From assembly GCA_002269645.1 (NCBI GenBank), contig NIVC01001669.1:1-43995 (forward strand): a stretch of 43,995 nt of DNA, written 5' to 3'. Source of the stretch: Macrostomum lignano. Its lineage: Eukaryota. Numbering within the stretch: position 1 is the first letter of the stretch; every line of letters starts with the position of its first letter. The notes below the pieces were generated by a model. That model saw only the letters and a program-made list of their open reading frames with translations. It made no database searches and was not told the DNA's origin. The translations under genes and the position numbers were made by a program. Shown one piece after another: positions 24,274 through 36,031 of the stretch.

Positions 24274-25242
24274 AATCAACTGGATCAAACCAAGGTCCCG
24301 TGGTCCATGCAGCCTCGACGATGATCTGTACGTCAAGGATATAGATCCATCCATATTACTTTAGTTTTGCCGTTCACAAATACCTTACCTTACGCCTTAC
24401 CTAATCTATGTTCGATTGGATACCGATAACGTGTTATGTGTTTGAGGCATATTTAAAAAAATGCAGGAATATGTTGTCATTTGCAGGAATGTCAATGTGT
24501 AGGCCCTATTGTCTATTGATACATATGAAATATAAGAGCAGTAGAACTTAAAGCTTTTTTATCATTAATTATTGTTGTTGTAGAGGTTCTTTTCTTTATA
24601 CCAAGTGGTCTATATTACCATGCTATACTTTTGGGGGCCAAGGGCACCCTATCCTTTGATAGCAACAACTTGGAAAAATAAAGGGGATCAAGTATATCTT
24701 TGATTCTTTGCCAAAATATTGTCCTATCCCTACCCTACCTCACGTCCTCACTTAGACTTAGTGTCTGTGTTTTTCAAGCTAAAGACTTCAATAATGGTCT
24801 TGTGATTGCCTGGCCAATGAATAAATGGTTTTTGTAGGTTTTCTGCAAATTAATAATTTTATAATATAATTGCATAGGTCTAGAATAAAAAGTAAATATA
24901 AACTAAAAAGAAAAGAAACTTTTTAAGCATTTATTTTATCATAAAAACTTTTAAATATGCTTATTTAGCTTTTACTACCAGGGCCAAGGCCAGGTTTATA
25001 TTATAAAGTTATAATAAACTTAAACTATATAGACTAAAGGCATTCTTTTATTTTGCAACCCTTACTATTGTCCTGTTGTCCATATTAAGATTTAGGGCTT
25101 TTGGTATATAATCCCTAATAAAAACAGCTAAGGCTCCTTATAATAAATTCAGAGTTTAAGAAGGCATATATATATTATTTGACTTATATTATATCTTAAG
25201 ATATAAAGCCTATATAGAGAGGCCTTTTCATATTTCATTCTA

Positions 25243-25683
25243 GGCAGTTGTTATTTGTCTGGTGACTGGATGAATAGCAATGTGGTTATTTGTCCGGTTA
25301 CTGGATAATGACCATGCTTTCCTATTCACCCGGTTAATACCAGACAAATAGGCATTTTGTTATTTGTCCAGTTAAATTGATATTGTTAAAATATCTATTT
25401 CATAGAAACTATAAGGGTAAATATTCCTAGACTTCAAAGACTTCTTACTCATATCTTGATTATTATATTGTTTTACTAATGTGTCTTATACACCAAATTA
25501 TGCCAAACTGAATACACTGCTTTGCTTACACTAGTACACAAGAAAATATTAATCAATATACAAGAAAAGGTCTTAAAAATCTAGAATATTCATCATGAAA
25601 CAAATAGATACTTGTGTTAGCAATTTAACCAGACAAATAGCAATAAGGCTATTCGTCCAGTCACCAGACAAATATCAACTGCC
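25243..25683. mobile_element. Foldback/MITE-like element with ~58-bp imperfect inverted ends
   Basis: GGCAGTTGTTATTTGTCTGGTGACTGGATGAATAGC (25243-) pairs with GCTATTCGTCCAGTCACCAGACAAATATCAACTGCC (-25683); internal TTATTTGTCYRGT modules. Confidence 0.6.
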
Positions 25684-25740
25684 TTTATTCTATGATCATT
25701 TAAATAGAAAGATTACATGACATTGACAAACCCATACTAT

Positions 25741-26503
25741 ATAACTTTTGCCAACATATTTTTAGACACATCTTCTAACTTTTTTATAACACTTAAAATG
25801 TTACAAAAAGTATTTAAAAATGTTATAACAGTTAACTTTTGCTGACACTTTTCTAATATATCTTACAATACTTTTTTATAACACTTAAAAGCCAAAAAAG
25901 TGTCAATGGTTAACTTTTGCCAACACATTTTTAGACAAATCTTCTAACGCTTAAAATGTTGCTTGGAGCTAGGTCATATATATAGGTCTACTATTTATAT
26001 ACATTTGTACATGTATGTTTGTTATGGTATTGCAGCAGCCTATAGTATACTAGTTGTATTGCATGTCATTTGCATTAATTGATATACATATATGTACATA
26101 TGGATATAAGAGTCAACATTTTATTTTGGCCATATACAATATATATTATATGAAAGTCATATTTAATATTACTTCATTGTAGTCAAATTAATACAAAATG
26201 CAAATTACTATATCGGTAAAGTTAGAATATTAGATAGTGTGGCACTTTAAAGTAATCTGAATCAAAAGCTCTTAATAAGTTCAAATTTTCAAAAGTTTTG
26301 AAAGATACTTACTTTTTATAATACTTAGTGCATATGTGTCAGTAAAAGTTAACTGTTATGACACTTCTTTAGATACTTTTCACAGCATTTTAAGTGTCGG
26401 AAAATATGTTGGCATAAGTTAACTATTATGACACTTTTCCAACATTTTAAGTCTCATAGAAAGTTTCAAAAGATATGTCTAAAAATGTGTTGGCAAAAGT
26501 TAT
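25741..26503. mobile_element. Foldback-like element with modular inverted arms
   Basis: ATAACTTTTGCCAACATATTTTTAGAC at 25741 pairs with GTCTAAAAATGTGTTGGCAAAAGTTAT ending at 26503; repeated GTTAACT/ACACTTAAAA modules in both arms. Confidence 0.6.
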
Positions 26504-27773
26504 GTAAGTAGCTAACTAGCTAACAATAATTATAGGTTAGTCTCTTTACAAAGTTTTGTACCAAATAATTTTAGTAGCAATAGTAAAGTAATGTTGAAGA
26601 TTTATAAATCTCTTGGTTCTTTCTATGCATTAAAATCATTGCATAGGAACAATTAAAAAGATTTGGTAAAACCTATGGCAACTTTTTTCACTTTGGTCAT
26701 ATGAGCTCTTCAATTGAAATTGCATATATTCAATAATAAGATAGGATTATAGGACAAAAGTTAGTGGTGGGACAGTATGGTCCCAACATTATAAAACAAA
26801 ATAGATGTCTCTTGTATTTTTGTCCTATAATTACCTTCATATAATTTTTTTACTTAAATAATTGCAAAACAAAATTAAACATATGGGCTTCATATCTACT
26901 AAAGATATAATTCTAATCTAATATTTGCTTTCTATCCGGTTTGCTTTTCTGGATTTTTCAGTTCACAGAATTATGTTTAACTATATTTACTTTGTGCTAT
27001 GATCATTTTGTAGAAATTAACTATTGATAATTGATGTGATGTGATTATGATTGTAAGACAAAAAAAGTCTCACTTTTGTCTTATAATCACCTTCATATAA
27101 TCTCCCGATTCAAATGATTGCAAAACAAAAATGAATGTCTGTGAACATAAAAAGGCGTTGTTCTTGGTTATGCTTGCATTAAGTTTCATTTTTGTTTTGT
27201 TGTTTATAATGAATCTGAAAATGTAGATTGAAATAAAATTATTATATAGCATCTTTTGGTACTACTTCTATATGTTCCTTTTTTCATTCATTTTTAATGG
27301 GATAATATAACAAAACTAAGTAAGATCAGGGATTGCAACATAAAAGAATGCCTAAGTATTTTATCTTTTTTATATAAGACCAAGATTGCCACATACTATG
27401 ATAGCCATGGCTAGGATTAAAGTCACCTAAAATGAGAGCTAGTCTATTATTGGATAGCTTGGGATAATTAAATATGGGGTTGCAATTCATGGATTATTAG
27501 GTTGAAGAAAAAATGTTCTGCATTCATTCTTTCTGCATTCAATTTATTGATCTTTTCAAGCCAGTAGAAATGCCAAGAAGAGTACTCACCTATAGCATCC
27601 CTGTCTCAATATATATTTTTCATAGTCAGAATATGTTGCATAGTTTCATACAAGCATACTGAGATATGCCTAGGAATAAGATAGGAAAGTCTTAAAGTGA
27701 GAGTATCATGCTCATCCTAGGGCATAACCTAGGGATTCACCCAGCCATTTCTATTGGCAACACACACATGTAA

Positions 27774-27825
27774 GTTGCTATTGGACAGAATAGTAGTCAC
27801 GTGACAACTCTCAGCCAATAGCAAC
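27774..27825. promoter_or_regulatory. Palindrome with opposed CCAAT boxes around a CACGTG E-box, upstream of the small ORF/PUS1 unit
   Basis: GTTGCTATTGG...GTCACGTGAC...CCAATAGCAAC. Function inferred; could be a repeat remnant. Confidence 0.35.
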
Positions 27826-28089
27826 TAAAAATAAAACATATCTAAATACAACATCTAGAGCCATCTTGATAGTTTAACTTTGAGCTTTTTTTAATTCTAG
27901 CAGGTAGGCAAAAGAGCCTAGTAATGCCTACTGCTAGTATACTGATAGTTCCCACCTAGTGATGACTATAGTTTCATTGCCAAAAATTTATCATTGTATT
28001 TGTTCCATGTGAAATATAATTTATGAAAAACTGTACGAAAGACCTCTACAATTCTGACCCGAACTGACCCGACTTCAGTGCCACTCGCA

Positions 28090-28350
28090 ATGCGGCTGAG
28101 CGGCTCCCTGTTGCAACAGGTGGGCAAACAGGCATACAGGCCCAAGAGACTCAAGCGGGTGCTCAATTACGCTGTGTTCGGCTTCGCCGCCACCTGCTGC
28201 GCCTACAGCGGCCTGCTGCTATTCAACCTGGCCTCGGGCGTCTTCCAGTACCAGAGCAAGCGCCGGCCCGAGATTGAAACTCAGAAACGCGAACTCGAAG
28301 CGGCAATGCAGGAGAAAACTGCGATCGAGCGCCAGGCCGGACTGCGTTAG
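28090..28350 (+). CDS. Small (86 aa) single-pass membrane protein with a C-terminal coiled-coil
   Basis: ATG at 28090, GC3-rich codons, hydrophobic VLNYAVFGFAATCCAYSGLLLFNLA, charged tail. Layout weakly recalls COX14-type assembly factors, but this is not established. Confidence 0.65.
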   Translation: MRLSGSLLQQVGKQAYRPKRLKRVLNYAVFGFAATCCAYSGLLLFNLASGVFQYQSKRRPEIETQKRELEAAMQEKTAIERQAGLR

Positions 28351-28544
28351 GAGTTCCCCTCCTGTTTCGCAGACAGTCTTCTTTCTCATGCTTTTTCTTG
28401 TATATGCTTCTTCGACTCTAATTAGCCGCGCTTGTCATTTGCTCCGTTGCTAGCTTCTTAACTCTGCAAACCAAATTGCTTTGCAATTGCAATTGAATTT
28501 GATTTCCAAACCAAATTGCCCGGCCGTAGCTGCCCCCCTCCCCG

Positions 28545-31500
28545 ATGGCCAGTCTGCTCCGCTGGCTTGGCAACCTCTTTCTGTCCCGGCTTCGGCCGCT
28601 GGGCCGCCGCTCGCCCCGGCCAAGTCGGGCGGCCTCGCCTCCCCGACCCGCGCGCCCGTGCCGAGCCGCCCTGATGATGATGTACTCCGGCTCCGGCTAC
28701 GCCGGCATGCAGCGCCAACCCAACCAGCCGACTGTCGAAGGCGCCCTGCTGGACTGCCTGCTGGCTGGCGGCCATATCAACGCCGGGCAGTTCGCCCAGC
28801 CGCGCCAGCAGCTTGGCTTCATCACGGCGTCCAGAACTGACAGCGGCGTGTCCGCTCTGGCTCAGGTGCGCATGCCGATTCTTTTTAGATTTTCTGTTAC
28901 TCCCTGATGATGTACAAAGGTGCTCTGAAGTTCCTGGTGGGGCATTTGCTATGTAAATCCTCAGGTAGGACTGTCACTCTGTAAATCCTCAGGTAGGACT
29001 GTCACTCTGTAAATCCTCAGGTAGGAGAGTCACTGTAAATCCTCAGGTAGGAGAGTCACTCTGTAAATCCTCAGGTAGGAGAGTCACTCTGTCAATCCTC
29101 CTCAGGTAGGAGAGTCACTTGGTAAATCCTCAGGTAGGAGAGTCATTTTGTAAATCCTCAGGTAGGAGAGTCATTTTGTAAATCCTCAGGTAGGACTGTC
29201 ACTCTGTTAATCCTCAGGTAGGACTGTCACTCTGTAAATCCTCAGGTAGGAGAGTCATTTTGTAAATCCTCCGGTAGTAGAGTCACTCGGTAAATCCTCA
29301 GGTAGGACTGTCACTCTGTAAATCCTCAGGTAGGAGAGTCATTTTGTAAATCCTCCGGTAGTAGAGTCACTCGGTAAATCCTCAGGTAGGACTGTCACTC
29401 TGTAAATCCTCAGGTAGGAGAGCCATTCTGTAAATCCCCAGGTAAAAATGTCACTAGAAGAAAATAATGATTTTTATGTTCCCATTGTACTGTTTAAATG
29501 CAGCTGGTTACCCTTCACCATGACCTGGCCGACCCCGGTGCCCTCGTCAGAGACCTGAACAGCCGCCTTCCCGACAGCTTCCGCGTGCTTGATGCTGTCC
29601 GCGTCACCAAGGGCTTCAATAGTCGCTACCGAGTGCTCAACCGAACCTACGCGTACTACTGCCCGACCTTCGCCCTCTGCCCGGACCCGCTGCCCTCCGC
29701 CTACGCCTACCGCATCGAGCCTGACCGACTGCGCCACCTGCGCTACTGCCTGTCCCGGTTTCCTGGCACGAGGAACTACTTCAACTTCACGTGCGGCCGC
29801 CTGCTCGATGACCCCTCCTGTGCCAGGTAATCTTTAAAGACTGTTTAATTAGCTTTGCGTTGCGCCACGCTTCCGCCGTGTCTTTGAGGTCATGGGGTAC
29901 GCCTCTGGAATATCTCACTAAGGTCACACTAATCTTGAATGCCCTACTGACATCTATAATGCCCTATTGACATCTAGAATGCCCTACTGACATCTATAAT
30001 GCCCTATTGACATCTGGAATGCCCTACTGACATCTGGAATGCCCTACTGACATCTGGAATGCCCTATTGACATCTATAATACCCTATTAACATCTATAAT
30101 GCCCTACTGACATCTATAATACCCTATTAACATCTATAATACCCTATTAACATCTATAATGCCCTACTGACATCTATAATGCCCCACTGACATCTAGAAT
30201 GCCCCACTGACATCTAGAATGCCCCCACTGACATCTAGAATGCCCCCCACTGACATCTAGAATTCCCCCCACTGACATCTAGAATGCCCCAACTGACATC
30301 TAGAATGCCCCAACTGACATCTAGAATGCCCCATTGACATCTAGAATGCCCCACTGACATCTAGAATGCCCCACTGACATCTAGAATGCCCTACTGACAT
30401 CTAGAATGCCCCACTGACATCTAGAATGCCCTACTGACATCTATAATGCCCTATTGACATCTAGAATGCCCTACTGACATTTATAATGCCCTATTGACAT
30501 CTAGAATGCCCTATTGACATCTATAATACCCTATTAACATCTTTAATGCCCTACTGACATCTATAATACCCTATTAACATCTATAATACCCTATTAAAAT
30601 CTATAATGCCCTACTGACATCTATAATGCCCCACTGACATCTAGAATGCCCCAACTGACATCTAGAATGCCCCACTGACATCTAGAATGCCCCACTGACA
30701 TCTAAAATACCCTATTAACATCTATAATACCCTATTAACATCTATAATGCCCCACTGACATCTAGAATGCCCCACTGACATCTAGAATGCCCCACTGACA
30801 TCTAAAATGCCCCACTGACATCTAGAATGCCCCCACTGACATCTAGAATGCCCCAACTGACATCTAGAATGCCCCACTGACATCTAGAATGCCCCACTGA
30901 CATCTAGAATGCCCCACTGACATCTAGAATGCCCCACTGACATCTAGAATGCCCCAACTGACATCTAGAATGCCCCCCACTGACATCTAGAATGCCCCCC
31001 ACTGACATCTAGAATGCCCCAACTGACATCTAGAATACCCCACTGACATCTAGAATGCCCCAACTGACATCTAGAATACCCCACTGACATCTAGAATGCC
31101 CCACTGACATCTAGAATGCCCCACTGACATCTAGAATGCCCCACTGACATCTAGAATGCCCCACTGACATCTAGAATGCCCCACTGACATCTAGAATGCC
31201 CCACTGACATCTAGAATTCCCCCCACTGACATCAAGAATGCCCCACTGACATCTAGAATGCCCCACTGACATCTAGAATGCCCCACTGACATCTAGAATG
31301 CCCCCCACTGACATCTAGAATGCCCCACTGACATCTTGAATACCACTGACATCTAGAATGCCCCACTGACATCTTGAATACCACTGACATCTAGAATGCC
31401 CCCCACTGACATCTAGAATGCCCCCCACTGACATCTAGAATGCCCCACTAACATCTAGAATGCCCCCCACTGACATCTAGAATGCCCCCCACTGACATCT

Positions 31501-32664
31501 AGAATGCCCCCCACTGACATCTAGAATGCCCCCCACTGACATCTAGAATGCCCCACTAACACACCTGGAATGCCTGGCTGATCTAGGGCAGCCAATGTTG
31601 GCCTCTCGTTCCCCTCAGCAGTATGTAGGAAATTTCCCTGTAAGCAAAGAAACGCGTATAAAAAGTCTCTGCTGCACTTGCAAATTCAACAGGTACATTG
31701 TGAACTCCTGGGCCGATGAGCCATTTCTGTACAATGGCCTGGAATTCGTTGAGATTCGCATTGTCGGACAGAGTTTCATGCGGCATCAAATTCGAAAAAT
31801 GATCGGCCTTTGCATCGCTGTAGTCAGGTTTGTTTTTATCTGATTGCGTTCGTATCTGACTACTCATAAGTAGGCCCGTATTGGTGCTGATCTTTATTAA
31901 AGCGTTTTTTAAAGAAAAAATTAAGGCGCAACAGTATCTTAATATCTCCGATCCCCATAAGCTAGTGGGAAATTTATAAAATATTCGGGAAGTATTAGAA
32001 GACTTAGGAATATTCTTAGGAGTCATACATGAGCAACCCCCCTGATTTACACTGGCCATGCGGCTTACTTTTTGACCAAAAACGCGACACCTGTGAAAGA
32101 AACCCTAAAGCAAAATTAACGCAATTTCGGGTAAACGGCAGGAGCAACTGACTCTCTTATTTAAGGCTAAATGCTTCGTCAGCTAATTAGTACTACGTCT
32201 GTATTCTTTCGGGTGGGCATTTTTGCGACTTACCCCTGGTCCGCCACAATTTAAGGGTTATTTTGGGAAAAATCGTATGTTAATTGGGAAGAATCTTAGA
32301 ATAATTGGGCATTCCTCCGAGTCTAAAAGCAGCATCGCCCTATTGCAGAGGCCAATACGAACCCAGCGCCTTTGACGCCGCGTTCTCCGCCAAGCGCCGA
32401 CTCAATGTGCCGCGCGCGCCCGGCCTCGGCCTCCTGCTGTTCGACCTCAACTACGCGATTTACAACCGGGAGTACGCGGCTAAGCTGGGCTACCCGACCC
32501 TGGATTGGGCCAGGTTCCACCGGCAGCGCCAGGAGTTCCTGGAGCAGCGCCTCCTGCCCGAGATTTACGCTGGCGAGGCCTGCGCCGAGGGCTCCATGCT
32601 GAGCTGGCTGGACTGGCTGGCTCAGAACCACCTGGACTCTGCGGCTGGGGAGGCTCTGGACTAG
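28545..32664 (+). CDS. PUS1: tRNA pseudouridine synthase, TruA family, PUS1-like; exons 28545-28865, 29504-29826, 31693-31827, 32349-32664
   Basis: YSGSGYAGMQ, catalytic SRTDSGVSA, RTYAYY, GTRNYFNFT, GQSFMRHQIRKMIG and VPRAPGLGLLL motifs. GT-AG junctions with matching phases. Arg-rich N-terminus resembles a mitochondrial presequence. Confidence 0.9.
28953..29445. repeat. 28-bp intronic minisatellite (GTAAATCCTCAGGTAGGACTGTCACTCT), ~17 copies
   Basis: Direct reading. Confidence 0.95.
29940..31570. repeat. 20-bp intronic minisatellite (GCCCCACTGACATCTAGAAT), ~80 copies
   Basis: Direct reading; variant blocks present. Confidence 0.97.
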
Positions 32665-32680
32665 TGCTTCCGGTGGGTGT

Positions 32681-33328
32681 AGAATGGATTGCTAATCTAT
32701 CCCATGTGTGCAGGATGGGGATAGAATGGATTGCTGATCTAGCCCATGAGTGCAGGATGGGGATAGAATGGATTGCTAATCTAGCCCATGTGTGCAAGAT
32801 GGGGATAGAATGGATTGCTAATCTAGCCCATGAGTGAAGGATGGGGATAGAATGGATTGCTAATCTAGCCCATGAGTGAAGGATGGGAATAGAATGGATT
32901 GCTAATCTAGCCCATGTGTGCAGGATGGGGATAGAATGGATTGCTAATCTAGCCCATGAGTGAAGGATGGGGATAGAATGGATTGCTAATCTAGCCCATG
33001 AGTGAAGGATGGGGATAGAATGGATTGCTAATCTAGCCCATGAGTGAAGGATGGGGATAGAATGGATTGCTAATCTAGCCCATGAGTGAAGGATGGGGAT
33101 AGAATGGATTGCTAATCTAGCCCATGAGTGAAGGATGGGAATAGAATGGATTGCTAATCTAGCCCATGTGTGCAGGATGGGGATAGAATGGATTGCTAAT
33201 CTAGCCCATGAGTGAAGGATGGGGATAGAATGGATTGCTAATCTAGCCCATGAGTGAAGGATGGGGATAGAATGGATTGCTAATCTAGCCCATGTGTGCA
33301 GGATGGGGATAGAATGGATTGCTAATCC
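32681..33328. repeat. 42-bp minisatellite (AGAATGGATTGCTAATCTAGCCCATGAGTGAAGGATGGGGAT), ~15 copies, just 3' of the PUS1 stop
   Basis: Direct reading. Confidence 0.96.
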
Positions 33329-33895
33329 AGCTCATTGATCGTTATGTATGTTCATCGCATGGGTAAGTAGTGAAATTCATTCAGAGATTTCACAGTTTGT
33401 GTAATAGTTGAATTATACGATTAGCAGTCCGTTAATATTGCGTTGACAGGCCACCAAAGCCACCAAAGTGAGTTGCTATTTTAAGAGCGCCCACTTAGCT
33501 GTAAAAAGAGTTGGTCTCCTCCCTACCCATTGTAGTTAATAATTCGTTTGTTAATTAAATTTCCTGCGCATTCTACTTTCAGTAGTGTTACACGATTCAG
33601 CCATTAGTAGTAGCAACCAAATCTGATGGCATCGTTTTCGTCTTATTGTCATTTTCTATTACTAGTGTGGCGGCGATCTGTTTTTGGTTTTGTATATCTG
33701 TACCGACCCAATCCAACTTTTAGTGCGTGCAAACAACAACAGGTGCGAGATGCTTTCAGTTCGATCTGAATAAATTGTTGCTCTAGTGAGAAAATTGTTT
33801 TCTTTGTTGATAAAAAAGTTTTAAACGACTTGGTCTTTGTGCTGTTGATGCTATTTTCAAATTTTTGTCTACTGCACAGGCTTAGGGCTTTTGTT

Positions 33896-34806
33896 TAGTG
33901 CCAGTTCTAGTCTATGCTTGCGCATCTCTAGTCTCAGTCCTGTTAGTGCCAGTTCTAGTCTATGCTTGCGCAGCTCTAGTCTCAGTCCTGTTAGTGCCAG
34001 TTCTAGTCTATGCTTGCGCATTTCTAGTCTCAGTCCTGTTAGTGCCAGTTCTAGTCTATGCTTGCGCATCTCTAGTCTCAGTCCTGTTAGTGCCAGTTCT
34101 AGTCTATGCTTGCGCAGCTCTAGTCTCAGTCCTGTTAGTGCCAGTTCTAGTCTATGCTTGCGCAGCTCTAGTCTCAGTCCTGTTAGTGCCAGTTCTAGTC
34201 TATGCTTGCGCAGCTCTAGTCTCAGTCCTGTTAGTGCCAGTTCTAGTCTATGCTTGCGCAGCTCTAGTCTCAGTCCTGTTAGTGCCAGTTCTAGTCTATG
34301 CTTGCGCAGCTCTAGTCTCAGTCCTGTTAGTGCCAGTTCTAGTCTATGCTTGCGCAGCTCTAGTCTCAGTCCTGTTAGTGCCAGTTCTAGTCTATGCTTG
34401 CGCAGCTCTAGTCTCAGTCCTGTTAGTGCCAGTTCTAGTCTATGCTTGCGCAGCTCTAGTCTCAGTCCTGTTAGTGCCAGTTCTAGTCTATGCTTGCGCA
34501 GCTCTAGTCTCAGTCCTGTTAGTGCCAGTTCTAGTCTATGCTTGCGCAGCTCTAGTCTCAGTCCTGTTAGTGCCAGTTCTAGTCTATGCTTGCGCAGCTC
34601 TAGTCTCAGTCCTGTTAGTGCCAGTTCTAGTCTATGCTTGCGCAGCTCTAGTCTCAGTCCTGTTAGTGCCAGTTCTAGTCTATGCTTGCGCAGCTCTAGT
34701 CTCAGTCCTGTTAGTGCCAGTTCTAGTCTATGCTTGCGCAGCTCTAGTCTCAGTCCTGTTAGTGCCAGTTCTAGTCTATGCTTGCGCAGCTTTAGTCTCA
34801 GTCCTG
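33896..34806. repeat. 48-bp tandem array, ~19 near-identical copies, open on the minus strand as (LELALTGLRLELRKHR)n
   Basis: Direct reading and ORF track. Confidence 0.96.
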
Positions 34807-35414
34807 TCTTCTCCTGTCCTGTCGCTTCGAGCAATTTTGCTCGAGTAGGTCAGCCTGCTGCGGCCTGCTGGGCGGCATCCCTGAGTATGCTTGTCTCCAC
34901 GGCATTGCGAGCTATCATTAGTCTTTGTCTCACGCGCGATTGGCTCTTTGTTGCTAGCCTTTTAGTCTCCGAATAATAAAACCCTATAAGCGAGCAGGAG
35001 CGGGGCGACTGCTATTGTTGGCTGTCCGTCCGCGTGTTGGGCTCTGATTTTCCTTGCCTCAGCTTGAAGAGACGCGCGAGTAGCCGTGCCCCCCCCCTCT
35101 CTCCATCTCCAATATCCGCTGAGCTTGCCTGCTCAAGCTGAGCCCCCTGAATGCGCTAGTCACTCTCTGCTGAGCATCATCCGGGCTGCGGCGTGTCAGG
35201 TCAGGTCCCGGCAGAGAGGGATAAGGGTTGACAGAGGAGTCCTTGGAGCGTGGAGGCCTGAAGGGGTTTTCCTGATGCTTTCAGTCTGACTCAGCCTCTG
35301 TTGTGTGTTTGTGCAATTTTTTTTACTTTTCATCAACAAAGAGAAGCCAGCTGGGTCTTTTGAGTCGAGTAGACCTGTTTTTAAATATTCCTAGGGGGCA
35401 TTTAAGGTTATTTA

Positions 35415-36031
35415 CGAGGGGTGTCCCAGAAGTAGTGTCACTTTTGCTTGCTTCCACAAGTATTAATGTGTGATAAAAAATCATATGCCTTAAAAGGTAG
35501 CGGCTTATTTTAGCTTTCATGCCACGAAAGTCCGATTTTTAAAAGTGCTTCCTGCTGTAAGCAGCATGTATTTGTTCGCATACCCTTGGCCATAGAAATA
35601 CACACAGCATAGTGCTTCATGCTCACTCAGAAGAAAGCCACAAGCAGAGCTGATTAAGCACAGAGTTGCAAGACAGCAGCTTGCAAGGTTTGTTCCAGTC
35701 ATGGACCCTAACATACAGAAGAACGGAGCACGAAATTTTTACACTTTGAAGCTTTGGTCAGAAATGCCCTGAAATTCACGAAAACCTGACCCGCTTTCAC
35801 GGACCCGACTCCCGATGCCATCAGTCGACGAACGGTTTACAGGTGGATCGAACAGTTTGAGGCTGGCCGGCAGTGTGTTGCCAACTTACCCAAAATTTAG
35901 GGTCCATGACTGGAACTTTCGTGGCATGAAAGCTAAAATAAGCCGCTACCTTTTAAGGTATATGATTTTTTATCACACATTAATACTTGTGGAAGCAAGC
36001 AAAAGTGACACTACTTCTGGGACACCCCTCG
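35415..36031 (+). mobile_element. Internally deleted Tc1/mariner element, 117-bp TIRs, TA target duplication
   Basis: TA|CGAGGGGTGTCCCAGAAG...CTTCTGGGACACCCCTCG|TA. TIRs 35415-35531 and 35915-36031 differ at one site. Internal remnant EIHENLTRFHG/DAISRRTVYRWIEQFEAGRQ matches the mariner transposase HTH. Confidence 0.88.

Noticed and set aside
28953-34806. CRISPR-like appearance of regular repeats
   Set aside because: Units are head-to-tail with no unique spacers, there are no cas genes, and the context is eukaryotic.
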